Shown: one piece after another, positions 20,195 to 30,963 of the stretch | Layout of the letters: each line of letters begins with the position of its first letter | Numbering within the stretch: position 1 is the stretch's first letter | Position numbers and translations under genes: made by a program | The notes under the pieces: generated by a model | What the model was told of the DNA's origin: nothing | Database searches by the model: none | Seen by the model: only the letters and a program-made list of their open reading frames with translations | Assembly (NCBI GenBank): GCA_963767675.1 | Contig: CAVYEQ010000006.1 | Coordinates: forward strand, 19,526-83,525 | Direction: 5' to 3' | Length of the DNA stretch: 64,000 nt | Source of the DNA: an uncultured Chloroflexia bacterium | Lineage (GTDB): Bacteria; Chloroflexota; Anaerolineae; Anaerolineales; Anaerolineaceae

Positions 20195-21022
20195 TCAACT
20201 CTCTTCAACCTTCTCGACAACCAGGGTTCCGGAAGGACCCATCAGGAAATCAGCACCTTCTTCCACCTCTGAGAACTGCATCGTCACACCTGACCCCTTG
20301 ATGGCCAAAGTGTCTCCAGCGAGGACCTCAACATCCTGCTCATAGATGTAATAAAAGATGTTGCTGAAGTGGTTGATGACCTCATCCAGGTCTTCACCTG
20401 GATGGACCCGATAGGCCAGGTCCGGTACATCAAAGATGTGATACCCCTTGGATGCCAGCCAGTATCGCTCCTTATCAATGAAAAACTTAACATAGCCTAT
20501 CCAGAGGTTAAAAGGGATGTCATTGCGGTAGGAGCGGATCATCTCGGCTGTCAGGAAATCTGATGGGGGGTGGGCTGTCCAGGCGTTTGGGTTGATCACC
20601 CCCAGAAGGTTTTCAGAATCAAACGCATAAGCCGTCTGATACAGGGCGGTCATCTTTTCAACAGGGTTTGGGTTATGTCCGATGTACAGCAGGCTCACTT
20701 GAGTTTGATGCTGGCGTATAGCTGCCTTAATCTGAGGCTGCCAGCGTGAGACGTGCACAGTCTGGTCCAGGATTGCAGGGGGCAGCGGCATTGAAAGACC
20801 CGCGATTTGAATGGTGTGGTCCTGAAATTGGATGCTGCCCTGGTTTTTCCCTCCATCATTCTTACCCCAACTTAGCTCAATATCACCAGTTTGAAGGGAG
20901 TCTTCCAAAGAGGCGATGCGATCAGCTATGATATCTTTCTCAGGGATGATGAGTTCCGGGTCCGAATATACCAGGAAAATCATTGGGGTGTAGTTTGTGT
21001 CAGGGGCCTTTTGTGCCGTCAT
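20195..21022 (-). CDS. Hypothetical protein (DUF4261-like C-terminus)
   Basis: 275-aa ORF; SKGYHIFDVPDL...AGDTL pattern. Confidence 0.65.
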   Translation of the reverse strand: MTAQKAPDTNYTPMIFLVYSDPELIIPEKDIIADRIASLEDSLQTGDIELSWGKNDGGKNQGSIQFQDHTIQIAGLSMPLPPAILDQTVHVSRWQPQIKAAIRQHQTQVSLLYIGHNPNPVEKMTALYQTAYAFDSENLLGVINPNAWTAHPPSDFLTAEMIRSYRNDIPFNLWIGYVKFFIDKERYWLASKGYHIFDVPDLAYRVHPGEDLDEVINHFSNIFYYIYEQDVEVLAGDTLAIKGSGVTMQFSEVEEGADFLMGPSGTLVVEKVEES

Positions 21023-21261
21023 GGTCTTGTCCTCTTAGCTCAATTCATGTAACTGTATTATGCCTTAAATCACAGTCAGTTCAAAATGCCTTCCTATAAT
21101 ACTTCTCGGGGCTGAGAAAGAACATATTGAGAAATTTATAATAGGACTAATGGCTCCAGACGATGAATAATGTGAAAATTCTTTATGAATATCAGGACAC
21201 CGATGTCAGGCTTTCCATTCGAAGTGGTAAAATTGGAGTATTAAACTTGGAAAGGAAAAAT

Positions 21262-21783
21262 ATGGAACCAAAACTTGAGATTACTTACACACCTGAAAAG
21301 AAGGACTATGTCAAAGCCTCACGTACGTTAGCCATGAAAACAAAGATGTTTCTGATCCTGGCAATCGTCCTGGCTGTTGGCATTGTGGCATCGATTGTCG
21401 TCCTGCTGGTGCCTGCTTTTCAGACGCCCCTAATACGAAATATCGCTGTTGTTGTCCTGTGGGTGGGCGCTTTTTACGTGCTTTATTACTTTGCACTAAT
21501 CCCTATACAGCTCAACCGTGCGTATAAAAAGAATGAATACATGCGGATGGCTCGTCAATTTACTATCACTGACGATTTACTCAAGATGAGTATTGCTGAT
21601 AAGTCAACAGACCTGGAATGGGATCACTTACGAAAAGTTGTTTTCAATGATGGGCTGTATCTGATGGTTTATAAAAAAGATTTGCCGGTTTATCCCTTCA
21701 TTCACCAGCGCGCATTTGCAGATGAAGCTGAGAAAGAAACTTTCATCAATCTCCTTAAAGAGAAGTCAATCCCAATCGAATAA
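21262..21783 (+). CDS. YcxB-family membrane protein
   Basis: Two TM helices, then LEWDHLRKV...FIHQRAF; RBS AAGGA. Confidence 0.8.
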   Translation: MEPKLEITYTPEKKDYVKASRTLAMKTKMFLILAIVLAVGIVASIVVLLVPAFQTPLIRNIAVVVLWVGAFYVLYYFALIPIQLNRAYKKNEYMRMARQFTITDDLLKMSIADKSTDLEWDHLRKVVFNDGLYLMVYKKDLPVYPFIHQRAFADEAEKETFINLLKEKSIPIE

Positions 21784-21848
21784 TCAAATAAAGATTAATC
21801 CAGTACATTCCATTTCACTGAGAATGCTGGATTAAATATTTAATCAAC

Positions 21849-23516
21849 ATGGAGCATGCCATGACTATTGGAACCATATTCATATCTCTAGCGATAGGCC
21901 TGGGGGCGTTACTTTTATTTCTTGTGGGGTTTATCCTCCTCAAGACAGTTTTGTTTTCTCCCCGTCAATCCACAGGCAAACCACGGGATCTGGCCGACAT
22001 AGACGGTCAATCCGTTGCAAGCCGGCTTGGTAAGGCTGTGCAGATCCCGACGCTGTCTTACATGGAGCCGGACAAATTCGACCAGGAAGTGTTTTTGAGA
22101 CTGCACCGGCTGTTTCAGGAGCTGTATCCACAGGTGCATACACAATTAGAGTATGAGACGGTCAATGACCTCAGCCTGTTATTTAAATGGCAGGGAAGTG
22201 ATCCCAACCTGAAGCCGATCATGCTGATATCGCATCTGGATGTGGTCCCGGCAGACGAAGAGAAATGGACCTATCCACCTTACAGTGGAGAGCTTGCAGA
22301 AGGCTATGTCTGGGGGCGGGGAACCTTGGATATAAAATCTGGTGTGGTTGGTGTTCTTGAAGCCGTTGAACACCTGCTTGGGGAAGGCTTCCAGCCTGAA
22401 CGCACTGTCTACCTTGGATTTGGGCATGATGAAGAGGTCGGTGGATGCAATGGCGCAACAGCTATATGCAGCCTGCTGCATGATCGCGGTGTGGCATTAG
22501 CCAGCCTGCTGGACGAAGGCGGCAGTGTGATAGAAGGCTTCCTTCCAGGCGTGGAAACACCTGTGGCTGTGATAGGCATTTCCGAGAAAGGTTACCTGAG
22601 CCTGCGCCTGAAAGTGACCGTTGATGGTGGGCATTCCTCCATGCCGCCCCAGGAAACAGCGATCGGCATCCTATCAAAAGCGATTGTCAATTTGGAATCC
22701 AAACCGATGGCAGCGCATTTGGAGGTAGTCGAATTCCTGATGAGTTATCTGGGGTCTGCACTGCCTTTCTTCCAGCGCATGCTGTTTGCCAATACGTGGT
22801 TATTTGGTGGGGTGCTGAAAAAACAACTTGCGAAATCAAAACTCTTGAATGCCATGATTCGTACGACTACAGCGCCAACGATCGTCAATGCTGGTGTAAA
22901 GGATAATGTGCTGCCTGGAAAAGCAGAAGCAGTGGTCAACTTCCGACTTTTACCGGGGGATGATCTGCGGTTCGTTTATGAGCAGGTAGTGGAGCGTATA
23001 CATGATGAACGGGTTGTAGTAACACCCTATGATGGTGAGACGCTGGAAGGGGGTGCTGGCTGGAATCCCTCACCAGTCGCAGACACCGAAACACCGTATT
23101 TCCAGGCGCTGTCAGATCTAATCAAAGCGTCTTTCCCGGGGGTACTCGTTTCACCATATTTGGTGATGGGCGGAACGGATGCCCGACAATATGCCCCTGT
23201 CACGGACTGTGCACTGCGTTTCTCACCTATCAGCATGACCCAGGAGGACCTGCAGCGAGTGCATGGGGTGGATGAACGCCTGTCGTTTGCTAATTGTGCT
23301 CGGATGGTCGCGTTCTACATCGCCTATATCCAGGAACTCAGCAGCATGAATGGTGAGTTGGATACCCTTTCTGTGACAACCTCTGAGATAACCCCGGTAG
23401 AAGAGGATGACCTGGTTCCTTCGATGGAAGATTTGACGCAGTTCCAGGAAGAGCTGAAAGCAGATGCGGACACCATAGAAAGTGAGGTGGGGGAAGAAGA
23501 GCCTCCTGAAGCGTGA
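21849..23516 (+). CDS. M20 peptidase (carboxypeptidase S / PM20D1-like) with N-terminal anchor and acidic tail
   Basis: HLDVVP, GRGTLDIK, GHDEE, LDEGG, GGHSSMPP, GGTDAR, HGVDE. Confidence 0.9.
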   Translation: MEHAMTIGTIFISLAIGLGALLLFLVGFILLKTVLFSPRQSTGKPRDLADIDGQSVASRLGKAVQIPTLSYMEPDKFDQEVFLRLHRLFQELYPQVHTQLEYETVNDLSLLFKWQGSDPNLKPIMLISHLDVVPADEEKWTYPPYSGELAEGYVWGRGTLDIKSGVVGVLEAVEHLLGEGFQPERTVYLGFGHDEEVGGCNGATAICSLLHDRGVALASLLDEGGSVIEGFLPGVETPVAVIGISEKGYLSLRLKVTVDGGHSSMPPQETAIGILSKAIVNLESKPMAAHLEVVEFLMSYLGSALPFFQRMLFANTWLFGGVLKKQLAKSKLLNAMIRTTTAPTIVNAGVKDNVLPGKAEAVVNFRLLPGDDLRFVYEQVVERIHDERVVVTPYDGETLEGGAGWNPSPVADTETPYFQALSDLIKASFPGVLVSPYLVMGGTDARQYAPVTDCALRFSPISMTQEDLQRVHGVDERLSFANCARMVAFYIAYIQELSSMNGELDTLSVTTSEITPVEEDDLVPSMEDLTQFQEELKADADTIESEVGEEEPPEA

Positions 23517-23572
23517 GTTCTCCGATCATTCATGGCGTCCTGACAGTGAAGGTGGGATTGAAAACATCTTTT

Positions 23573-23860
23573 GGCCCGACATGCCGGGCCGCTACGAGAA
23601 TCTGGCTGGAACTTGCATTTACCCAATATCCGGTAGGGGCGACTGCGAAGCGCCCTTTCGGGGTGCACGCCTCGCCCCATATTTATGGGGTTGGAGTGCG
23701 GGATTCATCCCGCTAAAACGACGATGTAGAATAAGTACGTCATGCAAGACGAAATCTTTTGGATACATCTATTTGTCTTCCCCCGATCAATCATGGTCTC
23801 CTGACCATGATTGGGATATTGTTGGTGTCTTCATCGTCCTGGTGAGGACACCAGGACGAT
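23573..23860. repeat. Composite REP cluster
   Basis: GGCCCGACATGCCGGGCCGCTAC; GTAGGGGCGA[21 nt]TGCACGCCTCGCCC at 23633; GTTGGAGTGCGGGATTCATCCCGC; CATGGTCTCCTGACCATG at 23792; GGTGTCTTCATC...GGTGAGGACACC. Confidence 0.85.
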
Positions 23861-23906
23861 CGTGTATAATCGTTTGTGGGGACTGCTGCAAGGAAAAGGA
23901 AATCAC

Positions 23907-24398
23907 ATGGAATCATTTCAAGAATGCGTCAGTGAGTATAAAAGGCAGCTTGAGAAGGGGATCATCCAAAAAGCGTACCTGGGTTTGATGGAATACGTTC
24001 TGCGTTTGAAAATCCATCTGAAGAATAACTATCCCAATCATTTTGTCTCTGGTGGCATTTATTTTGGATACATGGACATGACCTATTTTTCTTTCATGCC
24101 GGCTTCCATCAAGGATCGTAAACTAAAGATCGCTATCGTATTCGTCCATGATACCTGTCAGTTTGAAGCCTGGTTGGGGGGATATAACAAGCAGATCCAG
24201 AAGGAATATTGGGAATTATTTAAGGAAAGCAGTTGGGATCAATACCCCATCGTACCGTCAATTGAAGGCAGGGACGCGATCATCGAGCACGTTCTTGTCG
24301 AGGAACCGAATTTTGACGATCTGGATGGATTGACGAACGAAATTGAAGAGGGTGTGATTCAGTTCATCCAGGAAATCGAGAAATTCCTAATTTCATAG
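23907..24398 (+). CDS. Conserved hypothetical protein
   Basis: GYMDMTYF...KLKIAIVF...FEAWLGGYNK; RBS AAGGA. Confidence 0.8.
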   Translation: MESFQECVSEYKRQLEKGIIQKAYLGLMEYVLRLKIHLKNNYPNHFVSGGIYFGYMDMTYFSFMPASIKDRKLKIAIVFVHDTCQFEAWLGGYNKQIQKEYWELFKESSWDQYPIVPSIEGRDAIIEHVLVEEPNFDDLDGLTNEIEEGVIQFIQEIEKFLIS

Positions 24399-24408
24399 CT
24401 GGCAATCC

Positions 24409-24855
24409 TCACCCCCACACGATCTCAGGGGAATCGCCTCGTAGAAAATCTGCAAGTAATTTCCCTTCCTTTGAACCAGCTCTATCCGCAAATAAGGCGA
24501 TCACATCCTTGCGCAAAATGATTTCCTCTGGGTTGCTGACCATAACGTCCAAATCCACACCGACGTCTTTGAACAACTTTCGGACGATGGGTTCCTCCAG
24601 ATCCAGGAGGGAGATCATTTCAGAGAGTTTGTATTCAATCGGGTGCGCTTCGATGACCGCATTGATAAAGTTGTTAGCTCTTTTCAAATCATAAATGACA
24701 AGGGATAGATCACCGTCTGTCAGTTTGATAAATTCCTCGACCCTGGCTATCAATGTTTCGCTGTCTTCGTGGAGCCGTTTCCCTGTGGATTTTATCTGCT
24801 GGTGGAATTGTGCCAGTTCATCTTCTGTCTTCTCATAATTCTTGTTTTTATCCAT
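24409..24855 (-). CDS. Hypothetical protein
   Basis: ORF with AAAGG RBS before MDKNK. Confidence 0.7.
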   Translation of the reverse strand: MDKNKNYEKTEDELAQFHQQIKSTGKRLHEDSETLIARVEEFIKLTDGDLSLVIYDLKRANNFINAVIEAHPIEYKLSEMISLLDLEEPIVRKLFKDVGVDLDVMVSNPEEIILRKDVIALFADRAGSKEGKLLADFLRGDSPEIVWG

Positions 24856-24968
24856 CGAAGTACCTTTCCGATAAGTCATCCGTTTGTTTTTACTGATTTT
24901 ATCAGGTTTACTCGTGCAATGTTGTTCAAGCTCTCCTCATCATAAATAAGGGGTTTCATCCGACATAT

Positions 24969-24991
24969 GGCACGGCATGCCGTGCCACTAC
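24969..24991 (-). repeat. GTAG-tagged REP GGCACGGCATGCCGTGCC
   Basis: Perfect 18-bp palindrome; copies at 10951, 36989, 59450. Confidence 0.85.
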
Positions 24992-25181
24992 GAGAAAAAA
25001 TGATGTGCGATTTAAAGACTTTACCCAAAACCCTGACAAGAGTAAGGTATGTCTTTCCAAAGTGATGTTTGCTATGTGAGGTTGCTGTACGTGGGAGAAT
25101 AATCTGTCTAAAAACTCAGGACTTGGGGCAAAATATCCGGTATAATTAAAACAATATTAAAAAAGGCTTTCGAGGAGTTGA

Positions 25182-25367
25182 ATGAAAAAACAATGGGAAA
25201 CCCCTGAATTGATCATTATCGGCCGCAGTAACCCGGAAGAGGCAGTTTTATATGCTTGCAAGGGGCGAGAAGTATCTCCACCACAAAGTGGACCCAATCA
25301 TAATTTTATTTGCGCTGCTCCCGGACCGGATCCAAACAACTGGTGTTATTTGGAAACAACATCTTAA
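25182..25367 (+). CDS. Putative RiPP precursor peptide (WxxPxL leader, Cys-containing core)
   Basis: MKKQWETPEL...PEEAVLYACK...C...C; own TATAAT (25141), RBS GAGGAG and terminator. Confidence 0.72.
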   Translation: MKKQWETPELIIIGRSNPEEAVLYACKGREVSPPQSGPNHNFICAAPGPDPNNWCYLETTS

Positions 25368-25381
25368 CTACTAAAATAAAT

Positions 25382-25407
25382 ATGTGGGGCTTAGCCCCAC
25401 ATTTTTT
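25382..25407 (+). terminator. Rho-independent terminator
   Basis: ATGTGGGGC-TTA-GCCCCACAT followed by T-tract. Confidence 0.85.
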
Positions 25408-25502
25408 GTTAAACTTTGATGGGTGCTGGAGTTCTCATAGTCCTGATGAGGACACCTGCGCTCACAATGGACACCAGCGCGAAGATTGGTTATTATTATC
25501 CT

Positions 25503-26922
25503 TTATTGACCAGCGATTTGAAAAACATGCACAACAGATTTATACTCGTCCGCTAACCTCTCGATGATATACAACAAACCGTTTTGCCTGTTGAATGCTG
25601 CTGCGCCGACAAGGTCGCGTTTATAAATAGCCAAATCAGTATCAGGGTCAAACCAGTATGCAGACAGGTCCAATAGGGCATACGGCTGCGGTTCGTAGGG
25701 TTCCATAACTCCCTTAACAACCTGAGTGAGGTCATCAGGATTGTAGAAGAGGATCGCTGGGATGAAATCCTCAGCCCAGTAACCCCGATTGTCATAGGGG
25801 AACTCAGGTACATCCGGACAGTCCACAGACGAGTTTTCTGCGCAGTCATAAGCCCACACCACGCCGTTGGCGAACCCATACCAGCTTTCCCCTTGGGCTT
25901 TTGTGCCGGTAAAAATCACTGCGTTCCCGGAAGGAGAGGTCAGCCATGCGCCGCCCCACCAGTGATCGGCTTCGGCATAGCCGTCCATGCGCATGGCATT
26001 GGTCGTTTGAATGTCCGAGAGCCCCCTCGACCTGTGTCCCATACAGCAGGAGGGGTTGAATGGTCGTGATTGTTTTTCCTGGTGCAGGCGGGTCTTCGCC
26101 CTCAAATGGAGTATACGCAAACAGTGCCGGACCGAATCCGCCCCAGACGCCTTCGCGAAACCGTCCGGTTGCCAGTGTGTATGGCACAGCATTCGCCTCA
26201 CCCCAATCACTGGGGATGGCGAACAGGTAATCGTTGGTGGTGTAATTCGTATAGCCGTCAAATATCCATGGACCAGACGGGTTGGGATTTGAAAGGTCCA
26301 GCGATGCCCAACCGTGGGATGGTTCAAATTCCTGAAAATGCTGGCCAAACGTAAAATGGAGTTTTGCTTCACTTTGGCCATCAGGTGTCTCAAGATATTC
26401 AATGCCCATGCGTGGAATGTCCATGTTTTCATTGACCATCCCGCCTGTGATATCCCCAAAGGGCTGCAGGGTCCCTGCGAAATTCAGGTCTGCAATATTT
26501 CTGCTGTTCACAGGGATGGGGATGCTGATTTCAGCAACCTGGAGCTGGTGGTCGTGTCCAACGATGAACAACGAACCAGGGAAGCCATCAATTTCTCCGC
26601 CAGGGTCGCCATCTGGGATATAAGTCATGCCATGGCCGCTGTAATCCCAGCCCAACCCGCCGGAGTTGTCCGGCAGGCGGAATGCACCCAGGTAGACCAG
26701 TGAACCAGGGGCGAGTGTGCCAGGAGGGATAGCGCCGCTGCCAATCTCCGTGACAATTTCAACGGTCTTTTTGTCAGTCGATGAGGGGACGATTTGGTCT
26801 TGTTCGTCCTCAATATGGGGTGATTCAGGTGGCGCTGACACCTCATCCACTTGAGATGGAAGATGGCAGGCGGATAGGAAGAATAGGATTAGCAGTGTGC
26901 AAATTATGTGAATTGATTTCAT
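25503..26922 (-). CDS. Lipoprotein, probable beta-propeller; frameshift near 26020
   Basis: Lipobox LSAC; YLGAFRLP; continues in ORF 25503-26459, ending VVHVFQI. Confidence 0.75.
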
Positions 26923-26984
26923 CTATATACTCCTCCCGATCATTCGTAGTCTCCTGACCATAAATGAGGAATCAAAAAAACATA

Positions 26985-27325
26985 CGGCACGGCACAAAGT
27001 GTCGAGGAACGAAGACAAGCCGTGCCGCTACGAGAATCTGGCAAGTCGTAGGGTGAGCACTGTATTTATGCACACCAATATCCGGTAGGGGCGACTGCGA
27101 AGCGCCCTTTCGGGGTGCACGCTTCGCCCAATGATATGCGTCACGTAGGCTTTGCCATACGTGACCTACAATTAAGTGGCATAAGTCCTTGGACGTAGGG
27201 TGAGCACCGTATTTGTGCGCACCAAAATCTGGTAGGGGCGAGGCGCGTCTCGTCCTTATGATATTCGTGAATATATAGATTAATATGACAACCTGTAGGT
27301 CATGCACTGCGTGGCATGCATGACA
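26985..27325. repeat. Composite REP cluster (at least six GTAG-tagged palindromes)
   Basis: GGCACGGC[loop insert]GCCGTGCCGCTAC; GTAGGGTGAGCAC...CACC x2; filled (27085) and empty (27232) GTAGGGGCGA forms; GTAGGTCATGCACTGCGTGGCATGCATGAC. Confidence 0.85.
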
Positions 27326-27328
27326 AAA

Positions 27329-28159
27329 TTACTTCGGCTGGCACGTCGGGCAATAATACACGCTGCCGCCCAGATATGACTCTTTCAATATTTCATCTCT
27401 GCAGAACGGGCAGGGTTTGCCTTTGGTCTTAGCGCTTAGCACCACCTGGTAGCCGCCGGGTTTCCCGAACAGGTCCTTTTCCGTGCTGCGTCCACCCAAC
27501 CGGGTCATTCTTGCCAGGGTTTCTTTCAGGTTCCTGAACAGAACATTCATTTCATCATCATTAAGGGTCTTGAGCTTCCGGCGTGGGTTCATTTTTGCAT
27601 GCCACAGGATGTCCTGCAGGGTGCCGTTCCCAACCCCGGGGATGCGTTGCTCCGTCGCCAGAGCCGCCTTGAGTGACAGCTTCTGCACTAACTCGGGAGT
27701 CATCATCTCCTGGAAATAGGGTTCATCAAATGCATCCGTCAGCGGTGAGGGCTTCTCCCTGGCGATGTCATAGTATACATTTTCGAACGAAGCGTCGTGC
27801 TCCCAGCAGAACAAACCGCCATACATGGATAGTGCCGCGCTGAAAGATGTGCCGTCCTCAAAGCCAAGCAGGAGTTGGTGCTTTTTCGGAATGAGTCCGG
27901 CATCCGGGTGCAGTCGCAGCCTGACACCGTCACTGAACACGAGGGTGGCACGGGAGAGACCAATTTCAACCATCATGCCGTGACCTTTGGCAGACTCAAC
28001 GGCTCCACCTATCAAGCGTGAGGGATATTCCGCCGGGTCGCCATTGTACCAGGCGAACTTATGAGGAGAGGCATCCGCGGTTACCGAAGAAATGGTTTTA
28101 CCGATCATTGTCTCATTGATCTGTCTGGCAAATGTTAATGCTTCTGGCAGTTCATTCAT
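27329..28159 (-). CDS. Fpg/Nei-family DNA glycosylase-like protein
   Basis: MNELPE N-terminus, H2TH IPGVGNG...DILW, C-terminal CPFC...CPTCQ zinc finger. Confidence 0.88.
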   Translation of the reverse strand: MNELPEALTFARQINETMIGKTISSVTADASPHKFAWYNGDPAEYPSRLIGGAVESAKGHGMMVEIGLSRATLVFSDGVRLRLHPDAGLIPKKHQLLLGFEDGTSFSAALSMYGGLFCWEHDASFENVYYDIAREKPSPLTDAFDEPYFQEMMTPELVQKLSLKAALATEQRIPGVGNGTLQDILWHAKMNPRRKLKTLNDDEMNVLFRNLKETLARMTRLGGRSTEKDLFGKPGGYQVVLSAKTKGKPCPFCRDEILKESYLGGSVYYCPTCQPK

Positions 28160-28241
28160 GATTCTTTCCTTTCTCTCTTTATTTCTTCCAATAGTTTGGC
28201 ATTTAGCGGTTGTGATCAGTGAAATTTCGTTTGTATTTCAC

Positions 28242-29021
28242 TCATTCCTCCAACAGCCACCACACATCGGACCCAGCAAAGCCGCAATTTCTGTAAAGTC
28301 TTTCCGGCTGGGTGGGATTGTCGACCTGTCCGGATACTGTTACAATCTCCGCCAGACCAAGTGACCTGCGCACCAGTTCACATACCAGGGCTTTCCCAAG
28401 ACCCTTCCCCTGGTAACGCGGGTGAACCTGGATCCATTCCAGGGACACTTCGGGTACGTTTGGATCAAATTCACCGATTCCCAGTCCAGCCCTTTTATCG
28501 TATTGTTCGTCAATGATCCAAACCCACAGGTTGGGTTGATGCACAGGGTGTTTAATCCAAAGCCGCATTTCATCAGCATCAACAGCAGTGTTTGGATAAC
28601 AGGTTTGAATGAGATCTGCTGCAGTTTCGATATCATCCTGCAGGTCAAAATCCTTGTAGCGATAACCGGGAGGAGGAGTATTTGCTGGAGGGTCGCCATT
28701 GTGGGAAAGGCGAAAGTAGGGGGTCCTGTGTGTGAAACGATGCTGGTCAAAGACCGATAGTCCCTTTTCATGCACAAGCGCAAAAGGTGTTTCCGACACT
28801 TTCTCAGGAGTAAGGGGGTGAACCTGGGGATCAGCGCACCAGAAGGCCATCAGGTGATCCTTTTGCCAGACAGCCAGTGAAACCAGGTGTCCGTCAGGAT
28901 CCTTATGCAGCGTTAGACGGGAGCCAGGTGCATCGAGATTGGTCTTCCAAAAGGCATTTGGCAGCGTGCGGCAGGGATGTTGACGATAGATTTTCAACAA
29001 TTCCTGTGTTTTATTTGTCAT
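28242..29021 (-). CDS. GNAT N-acetyltransferase
   Basis: VHPRYQGKGLGKAL, ERLYRNCGF. Confidence 0.88.
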   Translation of the reverse strand: MTNKTQELLKIYRQHPCRTLPNAFWKTNLDAPGSRLTLHKDPDGHLVSLAVWQKDHLMAFWCADPQVHPLTPEKVSETPFALVHEKGLSVFDQHRFTHRTPYFRLSHNGDPPANTPPPGYRYKDFDLQDDIETAADLIQTCYPNTAVDADEMRLWIKHPVHQPNLWVWIIDEQYDKRAGLGIGEFDPNVPEVSLEWIQVHPRYQGKGLGKALVCELVRRSLGLAEIVTVSGQVDNPTQPERLYRNCGFAGSDVWWLLEE

Positions 29022-29086
29022 GATCCTGTTTCTTTGGAACTTGGATAAATATATTATATATTAAATAACACGTTGGTCATGCACTG

Positions 29087-29131
29087 GTATGGGCGACTGC
29101 GAAGCGCCCTTTCGGGGTGCACGCCTCGCCC
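29087..29131 (+). repeat. Filled REP GTATGGGCGA[21 nt]TGCACGCCTCGCCC
   Basis: Near-identical to copies at 23633 and 27085. Confidence 0.85.
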
Positions 29132-29159
29132 AAATGTCTTTATCAACTCCCAAAGAACT

Positions 29160-30435
29160 TTATTCAGCGTTTACATTCCAATTTCCATCCAGAGAACATA
29201 CTGTCGAAGCATATTTGAACGTCCCTGTGGCTGATCCCTGCCAATCTATGAAACCGGTAATGTCAACTGGGTCGTCATCCCAGTGCTCTTTTTCAATTTC
29301 ACGGGAAGCCCAATCGCAACCCTCCACCCATCCTGAAGAGTAATCAGTGGACACGAAGGTCTGATCCAGCGTGAGCACACCATCTTTGTCGGTTTTACCG
29401 GTGATTTTTCCTGAGAAGGACATCGTCCCATGGGAAGTGCAGGTCGCAGCAATGGGTTGACCGTTGATGCAGTCATTGACGGTCACATCCCCTTCGCCGG
29501 TAGCGCTGATCTCGCCCTCAACGGCGCAGGTTTTCAGGTCAACCGTCAGTGAGATTGTTCCGATCATTGAGGGAGGTGCGCACGCCTGGCAGCGATCCAA
29601 TGCGGAATTGGTGATGTCGAAGTCATCCTTCCAGGTTTTAGTAATGGAACCCTGTTCATCTATGTGCGATTCAACGATCAGCCAATCCCTGAAAGTTTCC
29701 AGTGTTGCCCACGGCATGCCGTCCCCCACCAGTTGACCGGAAGCATCTGACAGGGCTTTGGCTTTCTCACCCACCCAGGTCTCGTACGCAGTTTCTGCCT
29801 GATCAGGCTGGCAGGGGTTTTCTGCAACCTTGTTCACCCATTCGGCCTTCACGTCATCAAGGATCGGTGCCAACACCGGCATCAAGTCTTCAACTGTCAC
29901 CCCTTGATCATCGGCGGGTTCTTCCACGAGGGTGTCATAACCTTCAGCGCCATGGATGATATCCTGTCCTTCAGTATCCTCGTTAATTATAGATTGCTGA
30001 TTCGAATATTCATCAGCTGAAAGGTATTCACAACTTGATAGTGATTGATTTAGAGTTACAGCTTTAGATCTAATATAACACTTATCTGCTTCTATTTGAC
30101 ATAGAATAGGTAAAGATTCTCCTGGTCCAATGACATCAAAGTGAACACTGCAGCTATCTAATGCATTGTAACCCAAAAAGAGAATAACATTAACATTGCG
30201 TGCATAGCCTCGTCCAAGATTCAATAGTTCTCCTTCCACATTATTCTCGTATGGTGGATTTTCTTGTCCGTTACAGTGAATGTGAAATTCTTCAACATAA
30301 AGTTTTTTATTGCAGAACAAGTTCCCTTCATGAATTATTAGTTCGTCGATATTCCTATCTTCACAGGCAATGGATACAAAAACAAATACACCAACCAGGA
30401 AGATTAGCCATTTTAATCGTTTTCCTGCTCATCAT
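29160..30435 (-). CDS. Cys-rich lipoprotein with AT-rich N-terminal domain; frameshift in the signal peptide near 30412
   Basis: RBS AAGGAGG; MMSRKTIK-WLIFLVGVFVFVSIAC lipobox, in frame with ORF 29160-30320. Confidence 0.72.
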
Positions 30436-30716
30436 TCCTCCTTCTTGCTGAGTGAGTAATAAAACAGACGGGTAGGCATACCCGTCTGCATTTGAACCCC
30501 AATGTACTGATGTGATACGGTTTGTGAATTCATTATAATTATTCAAATGAAAAAAAACAAGGTAGGACTCTTTAACTTTGCCTTGACATATTTTGACCTC
30601 TCAACACATTTTGGAATCACCAGGGGAGAGGATAAAATATTTATTTTGTGTTGATAAAAGACCTTTAATGAACGGTTAAAGTGCCTGAGTGATCAAAAAA
30701 CTGGCTGAAGAGCCCA

Positions 30717-30960
30717 TTATTCCTGTGTTGCTGTCCAATCACAATCCATGGAACAAATCGTTGAAACCCAGTGGGCCTTGCCCGCAGCTGAACCTTTCCA
30801 ATCAAGGGAACCTGTGATGGTGATCGGGTCTTCCCAGGAACTGTTCTCGACTTCCTGGGAGTCCCACTCACACCCATCAATCCATTGCGTAGCGTAAGTA
30901 AATTTGGTTGTGGTTGGGTTAAGGTTAAGTTGGCCATCTTTGGTTGCCGTGTTACACGAT
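30717..30960 (-). pseudogene. 3' remnant of a paralog of the 29160-30435 lipoprotein
   Basis: KDGQLNL...WIDGCEW...ITGSLDWKGSAAG...STICSMDCDW aligns with KDGVLTL...WVEGCDW...ITGFIDWQGSATG...STVCSLDGNW; no 5' part. Confidence 0.8.
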
Positions 30961-30963
30961 AGA

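Noticed and set aside
23482-23988. ORFs spanning REP clusters (e.g. 23482-23988, 26972-27307, 31218-31515, 37064-37420)
   Set aside because: Translations of palindromic repeats with no RBS or protein-like features
29160-30960. Diversity-generating retroelement TR/VR pair
   Set aside because: Copies differ at all base types with low identity, and no reverse transcriptase is present
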